A stretch of DNA of 32,000 nt, taken from the NCBI RefSeq assembly GCF_000734015.1, contig NZ_CP008796.1:1020001-1052000 (forward strand), given 5' to 3'. Under the pieces are notes generated by a model, which saw only the letters and a program-made list of their open reading frames with translations, had not been told where the DNA came from and ran no database searches. The number at the start of each line of letters is the position of its first letter. Position 1 is the first letter of the stretch. A program made the position numbers and the translations under genes. Positions 21,170 through 29,463 of the stretch are shown here, piece by piece. The stretch comes from Thermodesulfobacterium commune DSM 2178. Lineage in GTDB: Bacteria; Desulfobacterota; Thermodesulfobacteria; Thermodesulfobacteriales; Thermodesulfobacteriaceae.

Positions 21170-22369
21170 TTATTCTATTATTTTAGTTACTACACCAGCA
21201 CCAACAGTCCTTCCACCTTCTCTAATCGCAAACCTCAAACCCTCTTCCAACGCAACAGGCTTGATCAACTCAACCTCTAACTCCACATTGTCTCCTGGCA
21301 TCACCATCTCAACCCCATCCGGTAACTTAACCACTCCTGTCACATCCGTTGTCCTAAAATAAAACTGAGGCCTATAACCATTAAAAAACGGTGTATGCCT
21401 TCCCCCCTCCTCCTTCTTCAACACATATACCTCTGCCTTAAACTTAGTATGTGGCTTAATAGTACCAGGCTTCGCCAAAACCTGACCCCTCTCTACCTCA
21501 TCCTTACCCACTCCTCTCAACAACACCCCTATATTATCTCCTGGCAACGCCTCATCCAATATCTTCCTAAACATCTCCAAACTAGTCGCTACCGTCTTTA
21601 TCGTAGGCCTAAGTCCTACTATCTCTACCTCCTCTCCAGGCCTAAGCACACCCCTCTCCACCTTACCTGTTACCACCGTACCTCTTCCAGATATACTAAA
21701 CACGTCCTCTATAGGCATCAAAAACGGCTTATCCACATCCCTAACAGGCTCAGGTATATATTCATCCATCGCCTTCATCAACTCCCATATCCTACCACAC
21801 CACTCACATTCCTCCTTACCACATCCACACTCAAGCGCCTTCAACGCACTACCCCTAATCACCGGTACCTCATCCCCTGGAAATCCATACTTGCTAAGTA
21901 ACTCCCTAACCTCTAACTCCACCAAATCCAATAACTCTGCATCATCTACCATGTCTACCTTGTTCATAAATACCACCATCGCTGGAACGTTAACCTGCCT
22001 TGCAAGCAATACATGCTCCCTTGTCTGAGGCATTGGACCATCGGTAGCTGCCACAACCAATATAGATCCATCCATCTGCGCCGCACCAGTTATCATGTTC
22101 TTTATGTAGTCTGCGTGCCCAGGACAGTCTATATGGGCATAGTGCCTCTTATCACTCTCATACTCAACATGGGCAAGCTGAATCGTTATACCCCTTGCCT
22201 TCTCCTCAGGTGCTTTGTCTATCTGATCAAAAGGAATCCACTGCGCATATCCCTTCGTAGACAATACCCTTGTTATAGCACTGGTTAATGTGGTCTTACC
22301 ATGGTCTATGTGCCCAATCGTCCCCACGTTTAAATGCGGCTTCTTCCTCTCAAACTTTTGCTTAGCCAT
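21170..22369 (-). CDS. tuf: elongation factor Tu
   Basis: 399 aa. [25 protein letters not shown], and full-length resemblance to EF-Tu as I recall it for Thermotoga. Carries an unusual [11 protein letters not shown] loop; see findings. Confidence 0.98.
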   Translation of the reverse strand: MAKQKFERKKPHLNVGTIGHIDHGKTTLTSAITRVLSTKGYAQWIPFDQIDKAPEEKARGITIQLAHVEYESDKRHYAHIDCPGHADYIKNMITGAAQMDGSILVVAATDGPMPQTREHVLLARQVNVPAMVVFMNKVDMVDDAELLDLVELEVRELLSKYGFPGDEVPVIRGSALKALECGCGKEECEWCGRIWELMKAMDEYIPEPVRDVDKPFLMPIEDVFSISGRGTVVTGKVERGVLRPGEEVEIVGLRPTIKTVATSLEMFRKILDEALPGDNIGVLLRGVGKDEVERGQVLAKPGTIKPHTKFKAEVYVLKKEEGGRHTPFFNGYRPQFYFRTTDVTGVVKLPDGVEMVMPGDNVELEVELIKPVALEEGLRFAIREGGRTVGAGVVTKIIE

Positions 22370-22396
22370 CTTCCCTTCCTCCTATCCTAAAAATTT

Positions 22397-24481
22397 CTAA
22401 CTTCCTTTTGCTTTCTTGATAATCTGTTCTGCTAAATTCCCTGGAACCTTCTCATAATGAGAAAATTGCATAATAAAGGTCCCTCTACCTTGAGTTAAAG
22501 ACCTTAAAGTAGTTGCATAACCAAACATTTCTCCCAACGGCACAAAGGCGTTAATTATACGAACATTTCCTCTTAAATCCATCCCTTCAACCCTTCCTCT
22601 CCGGGAAGAAATATCTCCCAAAACCTCTCCCAAGTACTCTTCAGGAACAGATATTTCAACTTTCATGATAGGCTCAAGTAACACCGGATTTGCCTTTTTA
22701 CAGGCTTCCTTAAATGCCATAGAACCAGCTATAGCAAAAGCAAGGTCTGAAGAGTCTACCTCATGATAACTTCCATCAACCAGCCTTACTTTAACATCTA
22801 TTACTGGATAACCTGCCAAAACCCCTTCGTTTGTAGCCTCTCTTACACCTCTTTCTACCGCAGGTATAAATTCCTTAGGGATAACACCACCAACTATCTC
22901 AGAAACAAACTCAAAACCTTTACCAGGGTTTGGTTCAACTATAAGCTTAACATGTCCATATTGACCCCTACCACCAGTTTGCCTTATATATTTGCCTTCT
23001 GCCTCCGAGACAGCAGTTATGGTTTCTTTATAAGCTACCTCTGGCCTTCCAACGTTAACCCCTACCTTAAATTCTCTGATCAATCTATCTACGATAATCT
23101 CTAAATGAAGCTCTCCCATACCCCAGATAAGAGTTTGTCCTGTCTCATGGTTAACCGTAACCCTAAAGGAAGGATCTTCTATGGCAAGTTTCTGAAGAGC
23201 AATGGAAAGCTTTTCTTGGTCAGCCTTGGTCTTAGGCTCTACAGCTACCGAAATAACTGGTTCAGGAATTTCTAATTTCTCAAGCTCTATAGGATGAACT
23301 TCATCACATAAAGTATCACCTGTAGTGGTAACCCTTAATCCTATTGCAGCTACAATATCTCCTGCAAACGCCCCAGAGATTTCTTCTCTCTGGTTAGCAT
23401 GCATTCTTACTAAACGCCCTATTCTTTCCTTTTTTCGTTTAGTAGAATTATAAACAGACATACCACTCTCAAGTCTCCCTGAATAAATCCTAAGAAAGGT
23501 AAGAGTCCCTATATAAGGATCTGTCATAATCTTAAAAGCTAAAGCAGAAAGAGGTGCATCAGGGTCTGTAGGCCTTTCCTCAACCTCGCCGGTATTTGGA
23601 TTAACACCCTTTACAGAAGGGATATCTATAGGAGATGGTAAATAATCTATAATAGCATCAAGAAGAGGCTGAATCCCTTTATTTTTAAAAGCTGAGCCAC
23701 ACAAAACTGGGACAGCTTTAAAATTGATAGTAGCCTCTCTTACTGCCTTTCTAATCTCCTCTGCACTAATCTCCTTACCTTCCAAGTATTTTTCCATGAT
23801 TTCATCGTTTATATCAGCTAAAGCTTCAAGCATTTTAATCCTGTATTCCTCAGCCTTATCCTTTAAAGAGGACGGAATTTCCTCATAATGATATTTTGCT
23901 CCCAAAGTTTCCTCTTCCCAAATAATAGCTTTCATCTCTATCAAATCAACCACACCTACAAAACTATCTTCAGCACCAATAGGTATTTGCAAAGGAAGAG
24001 GGTTAGCCCCAAGCTTTTGTTTAATCTGTTCGATCACACCTTCAAAATTAGCACCAAGCCTGTCCATCTTATTTATAAATGCTATCCGAGGAACTTTATA
24101 TTTGTTTGCCTGCCTCCAAACAGTTTCAGACTGAGGTTGAACCCCACCTACAGCACAAAAAATAACCACCGCACCGTCAAGAACTCTTAAACTTCTTTCA
24201 ACCTCTATAGTAAAATCTACGTGCCCAGGAGTATCAATAATGTTTATCCTATGACCTCTCCAGAAAGTGGTAGTACAAGCAGAAGTAATAGTAATGCCCC
24301 TCTCCTGTTCCTGGATCATAAAGTCCATCGTAGCGGTTCCTTCATGAACCTCACCTATCTTGTAGGTCTTACCAGTGTAATAAAGCACTCTTTCAGTAGT
24401 GGTAGTTTTACCAGCATCTATATGAGCTACAAATCCTATATTTCTGGTTGTTTTCAATATTTTCAACTCTTCAGGCGTCAT
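22397..24481 (-). CDS. fusA: elongation factor G
   Basis: [28 protein letters not shown]. The ORF-track GTG at 24490 lies inside GGGTGAGGG. I prefer the ATG at 24481 (MTPEELK...); the start is uncertain by 3 codons. Confidence 0.95.
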   Translation of the reverse strand: MTPEELKILKTTRNIGFVAHIDAGKTTTTERVLYYTGKTYKIGEVHEGTATMDFMIQEQERGITITSACTTTFWRGHRINIIDTPGHVDFTIEVERSLRVLDGAVVIFCAVGGVQPQSETVWRQANKYKVPRIAFINKMDRLGANFEGVIEQIKQKLGANPLPLQIPIGAEDSFVGVVDLIEMKAIIWEEETLGAKYHYEEIPSSLKDKAEEYRIKMLEALADINDEIMEKYLEGKEISAEEIRKAVREATINFKAVPVLCGSAFKNKGIQPLLDAIIDYLPSPIDIPSVKGVNPNTGEVEERPTDPDAPLSALAFKIMTDPYIGTLTFLRIYSGRLESGMSVYNSTKRKKERIGRLVRMHANQREEISGAFAGDIVAAIGLRVTTTGDTLCDEVHPIELEKLEIPEPVISVAVEPKTKADQEKLSIALQKLAIEDPSFRVTVNHETGQTLIWGMGELHLEIIVDRLIREFKVGVNVGRPEVAYKETITAVSEAEGKYIRQTGGRGQYGHVKLIVEPNPGKGFEFVSEIVGGVIPKEFIPAVERGVREATNEGVLAGYPVIDVKVRLVDGSYHEVDSSDLAFAIAGSMAFKEACKKANPVLLEPIMKVEISVPEEYLGEVLGDISSRRGRVEGMDLRGNVRIINAFVPLGEMFGYATTLRSLTQGRGTFIMQFSHYEKVPGNLAEQIIKKAKGS

Positions 24482-24575
24482 TTCCCTCACCCTATATCTT
24501 ATTTTTCAAATTTTTCAAAAAAAAATAAAATAACTCACCTTAAAATTGGCTATCAAAAATTACCAGAAAAGCTAT

Positions 24576-25064
<489 letters not shown>

Positions 25065-25069
25065 TCACT

Positions 25070-25441
25070 TTATTTAGGCCTTGGAGTTCCATATTTAGAA
25101 CGAGATTTTTTCCTGTTCTGAACCCCAGCCGCATCCAAAGCACCTCTTATAATCTTATACCTAACACCAGGCAAGTCTCTTACACGTCCGCCTCTCACAA
25201 GAACCACAGAGTGCTCTTGAAGGTTATGGCCTATACCTGGAATATAAGCAGTAATCTCAATTCCATTGGTCAAACGAACCCTTGCCACCTTTCTCAAAGC
25301 TGAGTTTGGTTTTTTAGGAGTTACTGTATAAACCCTAACGCAAACCCCTCTTTTTTGAGGGCATCCTTGCAAAGCAGGAGACTTTGACCTTTTAACCTTT
25401 TTTTCTCTACCTAATCTAACTAACTGGTTGATTGTAGGCAT
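25070..25441 (-). CDS. rpsL: 30S ribosomal protein S12
   Basis: MPTINQLVR..., [20 protein letters not shown]. The ATG at 25441 follows GAGGGAGGA. The ORF-track start at 25456 would add 5 non-conserved residues. Confidence 0.96.
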   Translation of the reverse strand: MPTINQLVRLGREKKVKRSKSPALQGCPQKRGVCVRVYTVTPKKPNSALRKVARVRLTNGIEITAYIPGIGHNLQEHSVVLVRGGRVRDLPGVRYKIIRGALDAAGVQNRKKSRSKYGTPRPK

Positions 25442-25485
25442 ATCCTCCCTCTGCAACCTTTTAAAATTTAAAATGACAAGCCCTT

Positions 25486-25514
25486 TATATACTCCCTTTT
25501 TCTCTTCTTGTCAA
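25486..25514 (-). promoter_or_regulatory. sigma70-type promoter candidate for the str / ribosomal array: TTGACA, 17 nt spacer, TATATA
   Basis: Minus strand reads TTGACA (25514-25509), a 17-nt spacer, then TATATA (25491-25486). That is about 45 nt upstream of the rpsL ATG. AT-rich T runs lie upstream in an UP-element-like position. No experimental support. Confidence 0.5.
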
Positions 25515-25602
25515 GAGGCTTAAAAAACAAAAGCCTAAAAAAACAACTTTAACAAGTGGTGATTTACTATTATATCATCTTTTAAAAATTTGTTAAGGTC
25601 TT

Positions 25603-25630
25603 TTGAAAAAAGTAAAAAATATTTTAATAT
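25603..25630 (+). promoter_or_regulatory. promoter candidate for rarA: TTGAAA, 16 nt spacer, TAATAT, ending 6 nt before the ATG
   Basis: Plus strand: TTGAAA at 25603-25608, TAATAT at 25625-25630, ATG at 25637. The region is so AT-rich that chance matches are likely. Confidence 0.3.
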
Positions 25631-25636
25631 TGTTTT

Positions 25637-26932
25637 ATGGGTTTTGATTATACACCTCTTGCAGAAAAATTAAAACCAAAAAGTTGGGAAGATTTTGTAG
25701 GTCAATCCCATCTGGTAGGAGAAAAAGGTTTATTAAAAATTTTAATCTCTCAGGGTAAACCTTTTTCTTTTATTCTTTGGGGACCTCCCGGGGTAGGCAA
25801 AACCTCTTTGGCCTTTCTGGTAGGTCAAACTTTGAAAGCAGAATTTATAGTAGTAAGCGCTGTAGATACTACAGTTAAAGACCTAAAAGACATCATATCT
25901 AAGGCTAAACAGCTCAAAGGGCTAAACAAACCTACCCTGCTTTTTATAGACGAAATCCATAGGTTTAACAAAACCCAACAGTCTTTTCTTTTGCCTTATC
26001 TAGAAAAGGGGGACATCTTCCTCATAGGGGCAACTACTGAAAATCCATCGTTTGAGTTAATACCTCCTCTTCTTTCCAGAGTAAAAACCTTTATTTTAAA
26101 TCCTCTTTCTAAGGACGAAATTCTTTTAATACTTAAAAGAGGGTTAGAGCGGGTTCTTTCTGAGACTAAAGAAGAATTAATCGTAGAACCTGAGGTGTTA
26201 GAAAAAATTGCTGAGGCAAGCGGTGGAGACGCAAGATCAGCCTTAAATTTACTTGAGTTATCATTAGAACTAACTAAGGCTTATGGGAAAAAGGTTTTAT
26301 CTCTAAAAGATTTAAAAGAAGAACTTCTTTTTAAACCTATAAAATACGATAAAGCAGGAGAAGAACATTATAATCTGATATCTGCATTTCATAAAAGTAT
26401 GCGCGGAAGCGACCCAGATGCTACTGTTTATTGGCTTGCAAGGATGCTCAAATCTGGAGAAGACCCTCTTTATATAGCAAGAAGGATTATAATTTGTGCG
26501 GCTGAGGATGTAGGGCTTGCCGACCCTATGGCCTTGGTGGTAGCGGTTGCGGCAAAAGAGGCCTTTGAGTTTTTAGGCCAACCTGAAGGGGAGTTGGCTT
26601 TGGCAGAGGCAGCCATATATGTGGCCAGTGCTCCGAAAAGCAACTCTGTCTATCGCGCCTTAAATGATTGCTATGAAGAGATAGACAGATCTAAGGAACT
26701 ACCTGTCCCTCTACATCTAAGAAATCCTGTTACCCGTCTCCTTAAAAACTTAGGTTATGGAAAAGACTATAAATATGCCCATGACTATAAAGAGGGTTTT
26801 GTTTTTCAATCTTACTTACCAGAGGACATAAAGCACAAACAGTTTTACTTCCCTTCAGACCGAGGAATTGAAAAGAAAATTAAGGAACGCTTAAAAATCC
26901 TTTGGAAAGGGTTTAAAATCTACGATAAATAA
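25637..26932 (+). CDS. rarA: replication-associated recombination protein A (MgsA/RarA AAA+ ATPase)
   Basis: 431 aa. Walker [12 protein letters not shown], Walker B LLFIDEIHRFNK, GATTENPSFEL, GGDARSALNLLE. C-terminal MgsA domain YNLISAFHKSMRGSDPDATVYWLARM. Confidence 0.93.
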   Translation: MGFDYTPLAEKLKPKSWEDFVGQSHLVGEKGLLKILISQGKPFSFILWGPPGVGKTSLAFLVGQTLKAEFIVVSAVDTTVKDLKDIISKAKQLKGLNKPTLLFIDEIHRFNKTQQSFLLPYLEKGDIFLIGATTENPSFELIPPLLSRVKTFILNPLSKDEILLILKRGLERVLSETKEELIVEPEVLEKIAEASGGDARSALNLLELSLELTKAYGKKVLSLKDLKEELLFKPIKYDKAGEEHYNLISAFHKSMRGSDPDATVYWLARMLKSGEDPLYIARRIIICAAEDVGLADPMALVVAVAAKEAFEFLGQPEGELALAEAAIYVASAPKSNSVYRALNDCYEEIDRSKELPVPLHLRNPVTRLLKNLGYGKDYKYAHDYKEGFVFQSYLPEDIKHKQFYFPSDRGIEKKIKERLKILWKGFKIYDK

Positions 26933-26933
26933 C

Positions 26934-28313
26934 TTAATTTTGAGAAAAAACATACCAAACCGTGTGCTTATAAGGGTCTACAAAGTTTTTCTTCAATATC
27001 CCTTGAGGGATCTTTTCTTCAGAAATTATATTGTATCCTTGGTTTAAAAGGTTTGATAGGTCTTCTTCAGTGGTTAAAACTTTAACCGGAGATGAGGCAT
27101 AAAAGATGATAACAGGATTTTCCTTTTGCCAAAAGGCTAACCTACCTTGAATGATTTCTTTTTTGATGACGTGCAGTTGATATGAAATCTGGTTTGAATT
27201 GTAGAAGGCTATCGTTCCAAGAAAGATCAAGTTTATCAAAACTAAACCTAACAAAAACTTTTTTAAACCCAAAAGAAAAGACATGGAGAAGTTTTCAACG
27301 AAAATTTTAGAGAAAATTATAGCCCAGAAAGGATAGACCCAAAGGAGATATTTATCAAACTTTTTCCCGGTAAAACTTAACAAAAATACAGGGATTATGG
27401 CCACGGTCGACAAGAAAAAAACTTCCTTGTTTTGTATAAGCTTGTACCAAATTTCCTTTGCTTTTTCTTTATGGTAGGCTTTTTGTTTCCAAATTAGATA
27501 GAAAAGGAAGATAAAACAAAACCAAAAATTAAGAAAGAGATGCTTAAAGTAATAATACCAAGGATCTCTAGCTTGATCAAGCAGACGAGTTTTAACGTCA
27601 GTATCTAAAAACTCTTTAAATATTTCTTTTCCAAAAGCTACATATCCATAACTATACCAACCTAAAGAAGGAATGAGTAGTATTAACCAGCCCAAGGGAT
27701 TTAACAAAAGTTTGAAAACCTTTTTATCTTTGGTTAACAAACCATAAACAAGAAGCCCTGGAAGATAAAAAAAGTTTAAAGGACCTCTGGTTAAAACACC
27801 TGCCGTTAGAAACACATAAAAAAGATATTGATAAATCCTTTTAGGGGCCACAAATAAATAAAGGTAGGAAAAATAAAACATCAAAAAAGAGAATAAAACA
27901 AACAAAGGTTCTATATCTACCCTGTTGAAAAAAGAAAGAAAACGCAGATTAGCTAAAAGCATGATTAAAGAAAAAAAGGCAGACTGCCAATCTTTATTAA
28001 AGAACTTTATAAATAGCAAAAATAAGATTATATAACAAACCACCGAAAAACATCTCAAACCAAAAATCAGGTTATCCGGGTTAGAAGAAAAGGGTTTACT
28101 CCAAACTGAAGCTATCCATGTATAGAGCGGAGGTTTTGTAAAATAAGGTTCTCCGTTATAGGTTTGAAAAATTTTAAAATCTTTTACGGTTTCTTTGACT
28201 AAAATGGCTCTTCTTAACTCTTGATACGATGAAGGAGGTTGAAAAAAGGAAAAGACCAAAAAAGAAAGTGTCGTAAGAAATAAAACCAGAAAAACTTGAG
28301 TTTTTAAGTTCAT
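26934..28313 (-). CDS. GT-C fold membrane glycosyltransferase, ArnT / PMT_2 (GT39/GT83)-like
   Basis: 459 aa, with roughly 11-12 hydrophobic segments by eye. First-loop signature YQELRRAILVKE...NGEPYFTKPPLYTW resembles the DE..Y....REM....G.PY.EKPPL motif of ArnT/PMT_2 enzymes. Short soluble C-terminal domain. The acceptor is unknown. Confidence 0.75.
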   Translation of the reverse strand: MNLKTQVFLVLFLTTLSFLVFSFFQPPSSYQELRRAILVKETVKDFKIFQTYNGEPYFTKPPLYTWIASVWSKPFSSNPDNLIFGLRCFSVVCYIILFLLFIKFFNKDWQSAFFSLIMLLANLRFLSFFNRVDIEPLFVLFSFLMFYFSYLYLFVAPKRIYQYLFYVFLTAGVLTRGPLNFFYLPGLLVYGLLTKDKKVFKLLLNPLGWLILLIPSLGWYSYGYVAFGKEIFKEFLDTDVKTRLLDQARDPWYYYFKHLFLNFWFCFIFLFYLIWKQKAYHKEKAKEIWYKLIQNKEVFFLSTVAIIPVFLLSFTGKKFDKYLLWVYPFWAIIFSKIFVENFSMSFLLGLKKFLLGLVLINLIFLGTIAFYNSNQISYQLHVIKKEIIQGRLAFWQKENPVIIFYASSPVKVLTTEEDLSNLLNQGYNIISEEKIPQGILKKNFVDPYKHTVWYVFSQN

Positions 28314-28382
28314 AATGCCTTTACAAGAAAATTTTTAGGTATATTTTAGTATAGGTTTATTTATTTTAAAGTGAGGAAAAAG

Positions 28383-29453
28383 ATGAAAGTTAAATTGGCT
28401 ATTGTAGGCTGTGGGAAGGCAGCAGAAAGGCATCTAAAGATCTATCAAGCTTTGCAAGAAGAAGTAGAGGTGGTTGCGGTCTCTGATGTAGTACCAGAGA
28501 GAGCCAAAAAATTTGCTGAGTCTCTTTCTGCTAAACCATATACCGATTATCAAGAAATGCTTAGCAAAGAAAACATAGAAGTAGTAGACCTTTGTCTTCC
28601 TTCCGGCATGCATGCTGAAGTAGGAGAGATTATTCTTGAAAAATTTGGGAAACATCTTTTGGTAGAAAAACCTCTGGCTCTTACCCTTAAAGATGCCGAA
28701 CGTTTGGTTAATCTAGCTCAAAAGAAACAGCTTAAACTGGTTACCATTTTTCAAAATCGGGCTAACCTTCCTGTACAAAAGCTAAAAGAAGCTTTATCTA
28801 AAAATCTTTTAGGAACTCCTGTTTTATTTTCTGCTAAATTTTACTGGAGTAGAGACCAAAGATATTATGACTCTGCTGCCTGGAGAGGAACTTGGGCCTT
28901 TGATGGAGGAGCTTTGGCTCAGCAAGGATGTCATTTTGTAGACATGCTTTATTACTTAGGAGGTCCTATAGAGAGTGTTTTTGCTAAAATGGGGACCTAC
29001 TTGGTAAATATAGAAGCAGAAGACCTTTTAGTTGGTGTATTAAAATTTAAGAACGGGGCCTTAGGTACGATTGAGGCTACCACATGTTCTCGTCCTAAAG
29101 ACTTAAAGGCTGAATTGGTAGTGTTGGCAGAAAAAGGTTCAGCTGTGATCGGTGGTTTTGCTATGAACAGATTAGACCATTTAGCCATCGATGGGGTAGA
29201 AAACATAGAAGATTTTGTCTCAGGTTTTGAAAAAAATCCTGACCATCCCTTAGGATGGTCTCATTTCACCTACTTAAAGTCTGCGATAAAATATTTTAGC
29301 AATTCTGAAAAAGATCCTTGGTTGGTGGTTGGAGAAGAGGCCATACCTTCATTAGAAGCTATCATCGGTCTTTATGAATCAGCAGAAACAGGAAAAGAAA
29401 TAAAATTCCCTTTTGAACCTATAGCTTGTAAATTAGGGAAAAAATTTCCATAA
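28383..29453 (+). CDS. Gfo/Idh/MocA-family NAD(P)-dependent sugar(-nucleotide) oxidoreductase (WbpB/GnnA-like)
   Basis: N-terminal Rossmann KLAIVGCGKAAERH, family motif LVEKPLA, WRGTWAFDGGALAQQGCHFVDML. ATG at 28383 preferred over the ORF-track GTG at 28371. Substrate not determinable from the sequence. Confidence 0.8.
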   Translation: MKVKLAIVGCGKAAERHLKIYQALQEEVEVVAVSDVVPERAKKFAESLSAKPYTDYQEMLSKENIEVVDLCLPSGMHAEVGEIILEKFGKHLLVEKPLALTLKDAERLVNLAQKKQLKLVTIFQNRANLPVQKLKEALSKNLLGTPVLFSAKFYWSRDQRYYDSAAWRGTWAFDGGALAQQGCHFVDMLYYLGGPIESVFAKMGTYLVNIEAEDLLVGVLKFKNGALGTIEATTCSRPKDLKAELVVLAEKGSAVIGGFAMNRLDHLAIDGVENIEDFVSGFEKNPDHPLGWSHFTYLKSAIKYFSNSEKDPWLVVGEEAIPSLEAIIGLYESAETGKEIKFPFEPIACKLGKKFP

Positions 29454-29463
29454 GGGGTTTAAG

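Noticed and set aside
21395-21901. 168-aa plus-strand ORF (and a 91-aa ORF at 22013-22288) antisense to tuf
   Set aside because: Both lie entirely inside a strongly supported EF-Tu gene. Their translations are low-complexity (Pro/Leu/Ser/Thr/His-rich) with no SD or promoter. Their length is explained by tuf's extreme G-ending codon bias, which removes stop codons from the opposite strand.
25473-25523. 16-codon plus-strand mini-ORF ([16 protein letters not shown]) in the intergenic region
   Set aside because: It has no SD, overlaps the predicted rpsL promoter hexamers on the other strand, and has no supporting features.
25516-25536. Hairpin AGGCTT-(9 nt)-AAGCCT in the rpsL/rarA intergenic region, considered as a terminator
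   Set aside because: On the plus strand it is followed by an A run, not a U tract. On the minus strand the T run precedes the stem. No upstream gene reads into it from either side. It is more likely just part of the AT-rich UP-like region of the rpsL promoter.
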